NCBI RefSeq assembly: GCF_001194135.2
Contig: NC_068983.1
Location: 71,069,931-71,133,930 of the forward strand
Length of the DNA stretch: 64,000 bases
From: Octopus bimaculoides
Taxonomy: Eukaryota
Direction: 5' to 3'
Shown here: positions 50,916 to 63,040 of the stretch, piece after piece
Position numbering within the stretch: the stretch's first letter is position 1
Layout: each line of letters begins with the position of its first letter
Position numbers and translations under genes: made by a program
The notes under the pieces: model-generated
The model's database searches: none
What the model was told of the DNA's origin: nothing
The model's input: only the letters and a program-made list of their open reading frames with translations

Positions 50916-53900
50916 TGCATTAATACACAGATATTATGAGTGCTTAATACCTCATTGGTGCTTAATTATAAATAATTTTTATTTGTAAGCTAACCAGGCT
51001 TCCAATGGGTTCATGGTATGAAAGCTATGTGTCTCTTCACAATTATCAAACCTGTTAACAGATATATCTTTTTTACATGAAACCAATGGTAGTCTGGTTA
51101 TATATATATACTCTCTGAATATTCGCATGAAACATCGCAACATCGGTCTTCCTTCCATATAAGATACCTTCTAAATCTGTGAACTAATTTTCTTTTGTGA
51201 ACGAAATCTTACACTTCTCTCTTTACACGATCATTGTTGTTTTCCTTTTCAATCTTTATGTATATTGATAATTTTGTTGTCAAGCGAAATATTGATTTCC
51301 TGAGAAACTAGATCCCCTCAGATTTGTGAGTATGGCATATTTAATTCATCTCTCGGTTTAACATCAACAGACTATTCGGAGCCTTAAGCGAAGTCTACTC
51401 TCAGGACAACCGCTTCCCACTAGATTTACACGTTATTAAAAATACTATGCGTATTACACTTCCGCTTCTGACTAAGTCATACAAAGCAGCATACCTGATG
51501 CATTCCTAAAACATTACTTAAAGAAGTAATTTACATGAAATGCCTTCAGCTATAAATCGCGACAAAAAATTATGATGTCATTGGCCAGAAACTTTCATTC
51601 ACAATAAGGAAGAAAATTAAATATGAAAATTATTTTCATACATCAAATATTTATTTTCAATTCACAATTGTTATGACGCTGATGTTACTTTTGTCCCGGA
51701 AGATATTTCTTGATTAGAAGAGAAAACAATTGGCTTCATACCACTAAGTCTATTATATCTATGCAATCGATTTTCGGGATTAAAGGGAAAGAATACTAAA
51801 CCTCAACTTAACATTCTACTCTTCATACCAAATTGTTACCTCGAAAACTAGATAAATATTTAATGCGAAAAACGAATCTGGCGGAGTAATCTCTTTTAAG
51901 CTTCAACAAGTACTGAACCAGTGGATTCAGCGAAAATTCTATAGGCAGACACGTTCGTGTAAATGTTATGTGTGTGTGTGTGTTTATACACACGTATATA
52001 TATTCGTATACATATATGTATATGTATATACGTATAAGTATATACATCCATTCTTACGCATGTATACGTATATCTACATACATATATACGTATGCATGTT
52101 TCCTGTCTTTATTTTCAATCATAGATATATGTTTCCTGTTAATAATAGATGCTGTTACAGCGATACATGCTAAAATACAATTCAGGTTCACCGCTACGTG
52201 CAGTCTCTACCGATCTCAATTTTGTTTTGTAAAACAGACATCATTTCGAAAAAAGATTTAATTTGTATATTTTCAAAATATCTAATCGCTAAAGAAAGTA
52301 TTAGACAATCTACCATTTTAAGTTATTGAGATTCATCTGATAGCTTCCATACGTAAGTAAATCTTTGCCAAATGTAAATAAAAATAAAGCTGAGCTGGCT
52401 TTAAACGATGTAGGTAATCTTTTTTATTTACTCTTTATTAATTTTCTAATGCATATATTTTCATTCCTTTTTTCCACGGTTCTTCTATCCTGCATTTTGA
52501 TTTCTCTCTTCTCTATGTCTACTCCTTTATTTCTTTCTTTGCCTCTCAATTTATTCTTTGTTTCAATTATTTGCTCTTGTCTGTGCGTGAGTGTGTGCAT
52601 CGTTTTCCTTTCTGTCTTTAGTTCGTTTTCTTCTCCTCTCTTTCTATTCTTCTTTCTCTTTTTTATTCCTATATTCCACTTTTCTTAGTATTCTTTCTAA
52701 TTTTATTTTTCATTTATTTTCTGATTTTTTAAAAATTTTCTTTTTAGTTGCTTTCATGGGTTCCATTTGAAAAGAGTCCACTAGCTCATATCAGATCTAA
52801 TTCCTACTCAAAACTCAGCACTTAAAATATACTCCTAAAATACTCGATATTCCCTTTTTAAGACTTGGTTCAAATGCAAATGAAGTTGAAATGTTTCGTA
52901 TTAGTTGAGCAAAGATGAATTTCACCCAGTAGTACACATCAGCTAGAGATATTTGGACAAGAGTTTTAATTCAGTGTGTTTAATTCACAAAGGAAATGGA
53001 TGCCAAGGTTTTGCTGAAGAGGTTAAATTGAGACCTGGGTGGTAATTTCTTAACAGAACAAAATAAAACCGATTTGAATATAAAGTAAAATTATATATAA
53101 ATATAAGCAACGTCAATTACGACTAACTTCATTAGAAAAGTAAAACATAGGAATGAATATGGCATGCGACTAATTTCTCTTGCGTATGAGTTTACTTTCG
53201 CTAAACATGTTTCGTTGTGTCTCTGCCTAAGGCACAAATATACGGTGAGGTAATTATGTGTTTCTGGGTTCTTTCCCTCTGCGCTGCACCATGAGGAAGT
53301 ACCCTCTGCTTTCGCAACGGGATGACAAATAGTTAGAGAATCAAATTTCGTAGACGGAGACAGAAATGTGTGAAAGATTGTTGTGTGTGTCCTCGTATGT
53401 GCGGATGTCTGTGTGGATGTTTGTCTCTCTGACTGCATCTTTCCGATGTTGAATGAGTCAGCGGAAAATTATCAGCCGCTGATAAAAAATATGTTGTTGA
53501 AAAATTATGAACCACTGTGAACATTGGACGCGCGCACGCTCTACAGGTGCACACATGTGAACCCCGAAATACGCTGACTTGTCACTAGAGTCAATGAAAA
53601 TGAGTAAAACAGTGATTATCCGTTCAGATCCTAGAATGAAAGACGATGATTTTCTTTTATAAAATATTGTAAAAATATGTGGTTATCTGAAGTAGTTATC
53701 ATTTTTTGAAGTAGAGATCATTATAGCTGATCTTGCATTTCTTTTTTTTTTTTTTTTTTTTTTGAAAATTCCATTTAAGAAAGTTTAAGTAAATGACTCC
53801 AGATAAAGCACTACTGTTGCTACACATTACCAAAGACATTCAGCTTCCCGATAGATTTTTCAATAGCTTAATCATATATAAAAATTACACGGCATATATG

Positions 53901-54164
53901 CAGCGAAAAAGGTAAAAGGATTTGCGTAAAAGGATTTCTTCAAAGCAAGCAACGATGTAGATATGTCTTCTCTATAAGAATTACAACAATATATTTTATT
54001 CATTTATTATTACGCTTATGGTAAGGCGGTGCACTGGCAGAATGAAGCGATATTCCCCTTTCCTCCCAAAAGAGCTAGTCGCGTGCAAGATTTAAATAGA
54101 TTTACTATTGCAATGGTTTATCTTATATTTGTTTCAGACATTTAGCTGCAACATGCTGGGGCAC

Positions 54165-54320
54165 TTCTTTGAAGGGTTTAGTCCAAACAAATCGACATCA
54201 GGACTCATTTTACAGCCTAGTGCTTACACTGCCGGTGTCTTTTGCCGAAACGCTGAGTTGCAGGAAGGTAAACACACCAACACTGGGTTGTCAAGTGGGG
54301 GACAAATGCTGGCACAAAGT
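54165..54320 (-). mobile_element. SINE family A, 3' portion
   Basis: Reverse complement of the acaac..tgttggtgtgttt..ggcaaaag..taggct..cctg..gtcgat block of 2275-2718. Confidence 0.7.
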
Positions 54321-54344
54321 CATACATACATACATAAATCTAAT

Positions 54345-55400
54345 CTTCTTTTGCAGTGTCGTGAAGCTATTATTTGGAATTTTCCAAAGAATTCTAGGTA
54401 TTACTCTATTATCAACTCACACGCGGTTAGGATTGATTTTTCCAACACAAAAAAATTTTTACAAATTACCTCCACACATAATATTAGCCTGTTAAATAGG
54501 GATACATTTACTAATACTAACGTTAATTTAGCTAATACCATCCGTCCCCCTAGAAATATTAATAACAAGGTTATTGTAACTGAAGTCAATTACAACAGAA
54601 TCAAGTTTATGTCAGGTAACTCTAAAATTAAAAATTCTATATACCAGTGTAAAATTACTTCTGGTAATGAAGTATTTTTATTTATATAGGCAGCTCATCT
54701 TCTCAGTTATCTAAAAGAATTTATAATCATTACAATACATTTAGGGGTAGGAATAAACGTAACAGTACAGAGCTTAGTAAATTGATTTGGTATCTAAAAG
54801 ACCACAATAAACAATTTAATTTAGATTGGTTGATTCTCTTAATTTCGATAACTTATAATAAAGGCAAGGAATTATGTCTTCTTTGTAATTCTGAACTATT
54901 TTTTATTCTTTTTTTCTAAAACTTCCCTTGTAAACACGTTCATAGAGCGTGCATATTGATGTAAACATTGGCAGAAACAAAGGTTTAGTTCATATAAGTG
55001 ATATCTATCATTATATATAATTTAAACAGCAATTTTCTTCCTACCTTTCACATTCACTATATATATCTTTTTCCAAGACTTTAGAGTTTCATTTAATTTA
55101 CATATCGTTATATACCTCTCATTTATTTGGGATTTTCTTTCTTTCCTTTACCCCTCCTCTTTCTTTAGGCTACATTTGACGTTATATTCTCTAACGTTTT
55201 TAAAAAACAAACTTAATAGCGTTCAGTTAATCACTATACATAGCCATCATATTCTGTTAAAATGCCTTATTTTCGAGTTTCATTTCTTCATTTCCCTGAA
55301 GAGAAGATTACATTGTTTTACACCATTTTATTCCTTTGGAATAATATTAGTGATATCTTCGAAACATGTGTCAGAAGTAAAATAATTTGAATAACACCTG
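54345..55400 (+). mobile_element. Penelope-like element 3' part: linker, GIY-YIG endonuclease and HHR-bearing pLTR
   Basis: NFPKNSRYYSIINSHAVRIDFS..NSIYQCKITSGNEVF, one frameshift, then YIGSSSSQLSKRIYNHYNTFR..RNSTELSKLIWYLKD..LDW..YNKG..CLLCNSE. Confidence 0.9.
55290..55378 (+). ncRNA. Type I hammerhead ribozyme, near-intact
   Basis: CUGAAGA (55296-55302), 6-bp stem II GAAGAU/AUCUUC, GAAA (55361-55364), stem III ACAUGUGU, GUC cleavage triplet. Stem I has 5 pairs after one C-A mismatch. Confidence 0.8.
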
Positions 55401-55417
55401 CATTTAACTCCATTTAT

Positions 55418-55457
<40 letters not shown>

Positions 55458-55759
55458 NNNNNNNNNNNNNNNNNNNNNNNNNNNNNNNNNNNNNNNNNNN
55501 NNNNNNNNNNNNNNNNNNNNNNNNNNNNNNNNNNNNNNNNNNNNNNNNNNNNNNNNNNNNNNNNNNNNNNNNNNNNNNNNNNNNNNNNNNNNNNNNNNNN
55601 NNNNNNNNNNNNNNNNNNNNNNNNNNNNNNAAGCATCCAAGCAACCAGGGGATGTTTAAATCCGGAGGCACTCCTGGGGATCACCTGTACGGGTACCGTC
55701 TTGGGAAAAGGGCATCCAGAGGCAGGTAATTTACTGCTTAAACCGTAGTTTATAATTAT

Positions 55760-56350
55760 ATTTATGTGGAGAATGGAGCAACAAATACAAGAAAAAGCAA
55801 TACTGTTGGGCTAGTTAGCCGCTGTTTTATTACGTGGAGGTTATGTAATGAGTCATTGTGGAGGTTGAGGTTATGTAGTGAGTCATTGTGTATGTTATGC
55901 AATAGTCATTTACGTACGTTTCAATCAAGTCAGTGGTTTGGCAGATCTCATCAGAATGTTGAGGAGTATGTTCAGAATTTGTGGTGTGCGAAATGTAGGA
56001 GAAGTGATTAGTGGGTGTATTAATGTATGTGGTAGTGTAATAGTAGCGATAGGTGAAGAAAGCATTAGGTTTTAGTTGGAGTTGTGTTGGTCTTCCTGTA
56101 AGGGGATGTAGGATAGGTGCTATTTAAGCTCATTGTTCCAGTTTTAGTCAAATGCATCTCCACGTGATTTTATGATTGGGGGATGCGTCGTATATTTATA
56201 GCACCGGCGGTGTTAGTACAGGGAAGCAACCCTAAATTTAGGTGAAAAAGGGGCTAACTTTGGTCTTATTCGTAACTACTTATAATTAATAATACCTAGA
56301 AGGAAAGTTATTTTATGCAAATTTAGTTTTGCTTAGGAGGTGTGATGTAT
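55760..56350 (-). mobile_element. PLE pLTR/retrozyme-like segment carrying an intact HHR
   Basis: Non-coding and strand-skewed, contains the motif at 55907-55958 and a ~30-bp degenerate tandem repeat (gaggttatgta.tgagtcattgtg). Boundaries approximate. Confidence 0.5.
55907..55958 (-). ncRNA. Minimal type I hammerhead ribozyme with canonical core
   Basis: CAUU-CUGAUGA-GAUC(17 nt)GAUU-GAAA-CGUACG-UA-AAUG. 4-bp stem I, 4-bp stem II (one G-U), perfect palindrome ACGUACGU and a GUA triplet. Confidence 0.88.
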
Positions 56351-56469
56351 TATATATTTAATTATACTTAGAGAATGAATATTTAGTAGCGTGAAGACAG
56401 GTTAGACTAGATTCATATATCCTGTTTAATAGGTCGTTCTTAGCCGTTAGGATTTCGAGGCACTTGACG

Positions 56470-56590
56470 GGTTTCTTTAAATTTCTGTCTTCCAAATCCA
56501 CTCACAAGGCTTTGTTTGGCCTGGCTTATGAAAGAAGACACTTGCCTAAGATATCATGCAGTGGGACTGAACCCCGAAATATGACGCTTA
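56470..56590 (-). mobile_element. SINE family A head
   Basis: tttctgtcttccaaatccactcacaaggctttg..gaagacacttgcc..gcagtgggactgaaccc. Confidence 0.75.
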
Positions 56591-57371
56591 GAATCAATGC
56601 CTAGTTGTTGATAAATTGTCCACAATTAGCTCTACATGAACTGACGTATGGCATGCACATGACTTCTTGAACGCGTCGGTACAGCACTAATCTTAAAAAT
56701 TCGATGTACACGATGTTTCCGCTTCGGTTGAATTTCATTGGTCAGTAACTGAAATCTGAGAACATGCTAGGGAGTTAAAATATACGTCGGCTGAAAATGC
56801 GACAAACAACAGAACATACGCTCACCAGTCCATTCCAGACGAGTTATTGTACTGTGGTTCTGAGACAGTAGAGGACCCGTGTAACATCGTTCTTTGCATA
56901 CACTCACAATGTAGTCATGTTTAATCATTCTAAAATGAAGAAGTATATGTAAAGGCCTGCGCGTACGCGCGTATGTATTTATATGTATGAACACATACAT
57001 ATAAATATACTTCGCTTGCGCACACGCTTATATACGTACACACACACACGTCTATTATTATGCATATAAGTTATATACACACAACTATATACATATATAA
57101 ATATATATATATGCATATACATATTATATATGTCTATATAAATATATATACGTCCATCAAATACATATATACAAAGTGAGATAAATATATACAATATGTA
57201 TGTATATATGTATATTGCATATATGCAGTATTTGTAGCAGGAAATACTATGAACTAAATTTACCAGACCAGTCATGTTATATATATATACGTTAGAATCA
57301 TATTACATATATATGTATATGCGTATGTATGCATGTATGTATGTATGTATGTACGTATGTATGTATGTATG

Positions 57372-57416
<45 letters not shown>

Positions 57417-58158
57417 NNNNNNNNNNNNNNNNNNNNNNNNNNNNNNNNNNNNNNNNNNNNNNNNNNNNNNNNNNNNNNNNNNNNNNNNNNNNNNNNNNNN
57501 NNNNNNNNNNNNNNNNNNNNNNNNNNNNNNNNNNNNNNNNNNNNNNNNNNNNNNNNNNNNNNNNNNNNNNNNNNNNNNNNNNNNNNNNNNNNNNNNNNNN
57601 NNNNNNNNNNNNNNNNNNNNNNNNNNNNNNNNNNNNNNNNNNNNNNNNNNNNNNNNNNNNNNNNNNNNNNNNNNNNNNNNNNNNNNNNNNNNNNNNNNNN
57701 NNNNNNNNNNNNNNNNNNNNNNNNNNNNNNNNNNNNNNNNNNNNNNNNNNNNNNNNNNNNNNNNNNNNNNNNNNNNNNNNNNNNNNNNNNNNNNNNNNNN
57801 NNNNNNNNNNNNNNNNNNNNNNNNNNNNNNNNNNNNNNNNNNNNNNNNNNNNNNNNNNNNNNNNNNNNNNNNNNNNNNNNNNNNNNNNNNNNNNNNNNNN
57901 NNNNNNNNNNNNNNNNNNNNNNNNNNNNNNNNNNNNNNNNNNNNNNNNNNNNNNNNNNNNNNNNNNNNNNNNNNNNNNNNNNNNNNNNNNNNNNNNNNNN
58001 NNNNNNNNNNNNNNNNNNNNNNNNNNNNNNNNNNNNNNNNNNNNNNNNNNNNNNNNNNNNNNNNNNNNNNNNNNNNNNNNNNNNNNNNNNNNNNNNNNNN
58101 NNNNNNNCATACATATACATATACATATACATTAATACACGCTCTCATACATACACAC

Positions 58159-58194
<36 letters not shown>

Positions 58195-58213
58195 CTGTGC
58201 GCGTGTGTGTACG

Positions 58214-58254
<41 letters not shown>

Positions 58255-58768
58255 GTATATTGAATTGAGTAGGAAGTCTTCTGCCAAAGACGCTCTGTAT
58301 ATTCTATCTAATATCTTTGAAGCAACTTACGTTTAGTTTCAATACAAAATAATCTTTTGATGGTTCTTATACTTTACTATCAGCTGCAGCTAATGTTGCC
58401 AAAAGTCAATTTTAGGTAGAAGTAGTCTGGAAATTGTCCAGTGACCTTTAGTATTTATTAGCCCAATATAAATGGAATCATTGTAAAGCAACATTATATG
58501 AATTATTTACTTGTACCTGATCAAAGGAGGGAAACATAACACGGAGATTTCAGATTCAATTAATAGAATTAGAAAAAAAAAAAAGGTAAAGACCAACCTT
58601 CTTAGTCATACTTTATGCCTGAATAAATCAAAAACATTGTATACTACATAGAAAGAAGAGGCGATCCCAATATAAGAAGTTAAAATATAATTGTCTAAGT
58701 ATTACAATCACCTTCGTATATTACACATATTATATACATATGCGCGCACCTCTACATATATTATATAC

Positions 58769-58848
<80 letters not shown>

Positions 58849-59660
58849 NNNNNNNNNNNNNNNNNNNNNNNNNNNNNNNNNNNNNNNNNNNNNNNNNNNN
58901 NNNNNNNNNNNNNNNNNNNNNNNNNNNNNNNNNNNNNNNNNNNNNNNNNNNNNNNNNNNNNNNNNNNNNNNNNNNNNNNNNNNNNNNNNNNNNNNNNNNN
59001 NNNNNNNNNNNNNNNNNNNNNNNNNNNNNNNNNNNNNNNNNNNNNNNNNNNNNNNNNNNNNNNNNNNNNNNNNNNNNNNNNNNNNNNNNNNNNNNNNNNN
59101 NNNNNNNNNNNNNNNNNNNNNNNNNNNNNNNNNNNNNNNNNNNNNNNNNNNNNNNNNNNNNNNNNNNNNNNNNNNNNNNNNNNNNNNNNNNNNNNNNNNN
59201 NNNNNNNNNNNNNNNNNNNNNNNNNNNNNNNNNNNNNNNNNNNNNNNNNNNNNNNNNNNNNNNNNNNNNNNNNNNNNNNNNNNNNNNNNNNNNNNNNNNN
59301 NNNNNNNNNNNNNNNNNNNNNNNNNNNNNNNNNNNNNNNNNNNNNNNNNNNNNNNNNNNNNNNNNNNNNNNNNNNNNNNNNNNNNNNNNNNNNNNNNNNN
59401 NNNNNNNNNNNNNNNNNNNNNNNNNNNNNNNNNNNNNNNNNNNNNNNNNNNNNNNNNNNNNNNNNNNNNNNNNNNNNNNNNNNNNNNNNNNNNNNNNNNN
59501 NNNNNNNNNNNNNNNNNNNNNNNNNNNNNNNNNNNNNNNNNNNNNNNNNNNNNNNNNNNNNNNNNNNNNNNNNNNNNNNNNNNNNNNNNNNNNNNNNNNN
59601 NNNNNNNNNNNNNNNNNNNNNNNNNNNNNNNNNNNNNNNNNNNNNNNNNNNNNNNNNNNN

Positions 59661-59704
<44 letters not shown>

Positions 59705-59867
59705 CAGTTCTCATATCAAATACATTCGAGGCTATAAGATCTTTCGTTGCAGCGATTCTACCGCAATTTTACTCTTCCCCACTACATACGTGAAAACACA
59801 TTGTTTAAGGGTGGTCGAGATAACAATCCAAGGTTGTGAAAGATTTTAGAACATTTATAAATAGAAG

Positions 59868-59915
59868 GCCTTACATTTGTTTCCCGGATATTTTATATAT
59901 CCCTTCATCGGAGAC
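59868..59915 (-). ncRNA. Hammerhead-like motif, left arm (degenerate)
   Basis: GUCU-CCGAUGA-A-GGGAUAU(AUAAA)AUAUCCG-G-GAAA-CAAAUG-UA-AGGC. Confidence 0.6.
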
Positions 59916-60354
59916 AGTGTGAGAAAATAGTTAAGCAATAGTTCTTCTACATTAGATATGAAATAGAGAGTGAAGTAGAAGAATGAAAATAGACGTGAGA
60001 TATACAGGGATATTGTATCTGCAGGTCCATTATTTAGGCAGAATGGTATACATATAAGATTCCTGTATCTTGTGATTAAGTTCCAGTAATATTTAAAATT
60101 GGTCATTCCAAGCATAGAGTTTGTGAACAGTGTTATTGAATCGAGGGAAACTCTATACTTGGAATGACCAATTTTAAATACTATTGGAACTTAATCGCAA
60201 GGCACAGGAATCTTATATGTATACCATTCTGCCTAAATAAGGAAACAAAATATACAATATCCCTGCATATCTCACGTCAATTTTCATTCCTCCACTTCAC
60301 TCTCTATTTCATATCTTATCTAAAATAACTATTGGTTAACCATTTTCTCACACC

Positions 60355-60402
60355 GTCTTCGATGAAGGGATATATAAAATATCCCGGAAACAGCTGTAAG
60401 AC
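60355..60402 (+). ncRNA. Hammerhead-like motif, right arm
   Basis: GUCU-UCGAUGA-A-GGGAUAU(AUAAA)AUAUCCC-G-GAAA-CAGCUG-UA-AGAC. 7-bp stem II and palindromic ACAGCUGU. The core is altered at positions 3-4. Confidence 0.68.
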
Positions 60403-62344
60403 CTTCTAGTTATATATGTTCTAAAATCTTTCACAACCTTGGATTTTCTTCTCATATTGTTAATTTTTTTATATATACACATGCTGATATATGACTTACG
60501 TTGGACTCCTCATTCGCATAATCACCGAACCTGGAGCTTAACTATAGTCTGTCCATAGCACTTACTCAGCATTACCTGACACCTTTGGGTCTTCTTGACA
60601 CCATTACCCCTCATAACCTATATATATNNNNNNNNNNNNNNNNNNNNNNNNNNNNNNNNNNNNNNNNNNNNNNNNNNNNNNNNNNNNNNNNNNNNNNNNN
60701 NNNNNNNNNNNNNNNNNNNNNNNNNNNNNNNNNNNNNNNNNNNNNNNNNNNNNNNNNNNNNNNNNNNNNNNNNNNNNNNNNNNNNNNNNNNNNNNNNNNN
60801 NNNNNNNNNNNNNNNNNNNNNNNNNNNNNNNNNNNNNNNNNNNNNNNNNNNNNNNNNNNNNNNNNNNNNNNNNNNNNNNNNNNNNNNNNNNNNNNNNNNN
60901 NNNNNNNNNNNNNNNNNNNNNNNNNNNNNNNNNNNNNNNNNNNNNNNNNNNNNNNNNNNNNNNNNNNNNNNNNNNNNNNNNNNNNNNNNNNNNNNNNNNN
61001 NNNNNNNNNNNNNNNNNNNNNNNNNNNNNNNNNNNNNNNNNNNNNNNNNNNNNNNNNNNNNNNNNNNNNNNNNNNNNNNNNNNNNNNNNNNNNNNNNNNN
61101 NNNNNNNNNNNNNNNNNNNNNNNNNNNNNNNNNNNNNNNNTATATATATATATATATATGTATATATATAATCAAAATAAGTAACAGGATGTCAAGAAGT
61201 GATGCAGTACGACCGTGTTAAGCGGCTCCATTCCATTGAAAAATGCAACCATTACATCAATTTAGATGCAGGGCTATCTTCAGCTGCACAAATAAATAGA
61301 ATTTTAATCAGATGGACACAATACAATTTTTCTCAAATACTTTAACAGAGCAAGAAGATGGAAGAAATTCATGTTGCTGCTATAGTAGCTAAGAATAAAC
61401 TACACTTCCAAGGAAGGCATGCTGCTCACTGCGGTCACAGCTGGTAAAAGACTGTGCTTATTTCTAATTTATTTGTCTTTTTATCAACTACTACATCTAC
61501 GATTAGAGGACTGTGTCCGTTTGGAATGAAGGGCAAGACTGAGTCGACAGCTCATGGCTAGGTATGGTTATAAAAATTGTCAAGATATTAGGAGTAGTAA
61601 ATTGGGTATAAAGTAACTGTCTATAAAGGAGGTTGGGTAGGAGAAGACCCTAAATCATCGTGTTAATTACCAGTTAAAGGGGCAAGACGCTAATATATCC
61701 TATGATATTAATACAGATGAAATTTTATAATGGTGTATTATCGGTGATTGCTTATAAACAACATTGTTATATTGTATAAAGATAGAATTTAAGATCATCA
61801 AAAATGATATCATAGCCAAAATAGGTAAAACGCGTGTATATATCAATTTTCCACATTAAAAATAAAAGATTACATAATAAGAATTTATAGAAAATGAAAA
61901 GAAATATATATAACCTACATTTAAAGAGACAGCGTATTGAAATTTGCGGTAGCGAAGAAATAAAGGTAATCCGCAAAGAGGAGGTAGTAGGTATGGGCGT
62001 AGTGAGGGCCGTTAGAAGTATTCAGACCGAAGAGATTTTGTAAGTTGCAATGTTACAGGTACAAATACACAGAAAGGAACAAATAGCTTAATCACCAAAA
62101 ATATGATGAAGTCAGATTAACTAGGCAGTTTTCATGGGATAGAAATTACATATAGCACACCACATACCATAACATATAGCTTATAACATATGCAATGCAA
62201 TTTAATTCATGATATAACTCAATACCCCATGATTTTGTTATATATAATACTAGACGGTAATTTTATAACGGAGACGACACCAAAATTAATTTCCACCATC
62301 AAAGTTCAAAGAATGGCACCTATAATCGCTAATTTCAAAAATAC

Positions 62345-62580
62345 TTAAATGTACGGGTGACGCTATGCATTTTACCCTTAGGTCTAATTTATTATCAATC
62401 AGGTTGTTCTTGTCCCTATACTTAAAAATCTCATAAGTTTCTATAGAGCACAGCACACACCTGTATCAACTATCTCTATAAGGATGCGCTTTCCGTATAA
62501 TATCCCATTTAAGGCTAAATTCGATCCCGCTTTCCTTCAGTTCACAAATCTTGCTAGATAATGACGCACAATTGACTTCA
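62345..62580 (-). mobile_element. Penelope-like GIY-YIG endonuclease C-terminal fragment
   Basis: SLSSKICELKESGIEFSLKWDIIRKAHPYR..CVLCSIETYEIFKYRDKNNLI, paralogous to 7420-7600 and 54770-54920. Confidence 0.8.
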
Positions 62581-62958
62581 TGTTTGAGTCTAAAAGATTA
62601 AAAGATGAAAAATGGTTATTCATACGTTTTTTTTTTTTCATATTTATCGAACATCCTATATATATAAAGTTACCAGCCTCAGTTATGACTGTACATTTAT
62701 AAATTACGTGTTGGATTTTATATATATACAGAGAGAGAGAGGGAACGAGAGAGAGAGGGAAAGAGAGAGAGAGGGAAAGAGAGAGAGAGAGATTGTCAGA
62801 ATATTATAGTGTAATTGTCTATTATAGCTCGTCTTACCAACCGGTTTCGCGTGAAATTATAACTCCATTATAACACTCCATTATATAACACTCTACTAAC
62901 AGTTATATTAGAGCATCATCTTCTCCCTGTTTTATGGTCTCTTACATGACGCAAGCAG

Positions 62959-63035
<77 letters not shown>

Positions 63036-63040
<5 letters not shown>

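Larger units (their letters stand above)
59825..60445. repeat. Long inverted repeat (~298-bp arms, 25-bp spacer) made of two HHR-bearing pLTR-like copies
   Basis: 59825-60122 is the reverse complement of 60148-60445 at roughly 85-90% identity by eye. Confidence 0.92.

Noticed and set aside
51305-51325. 21-nt exon-like KLDPLRF resembling the P450 PERF motif
   Set aside because: Mediocre acceptor and no other P450 exons found.
54108-54689. 193-aa ORF as a host gene
   Set aside because: It is a chimera of an antisense SINE tail and the PLE linker/endonuclease.
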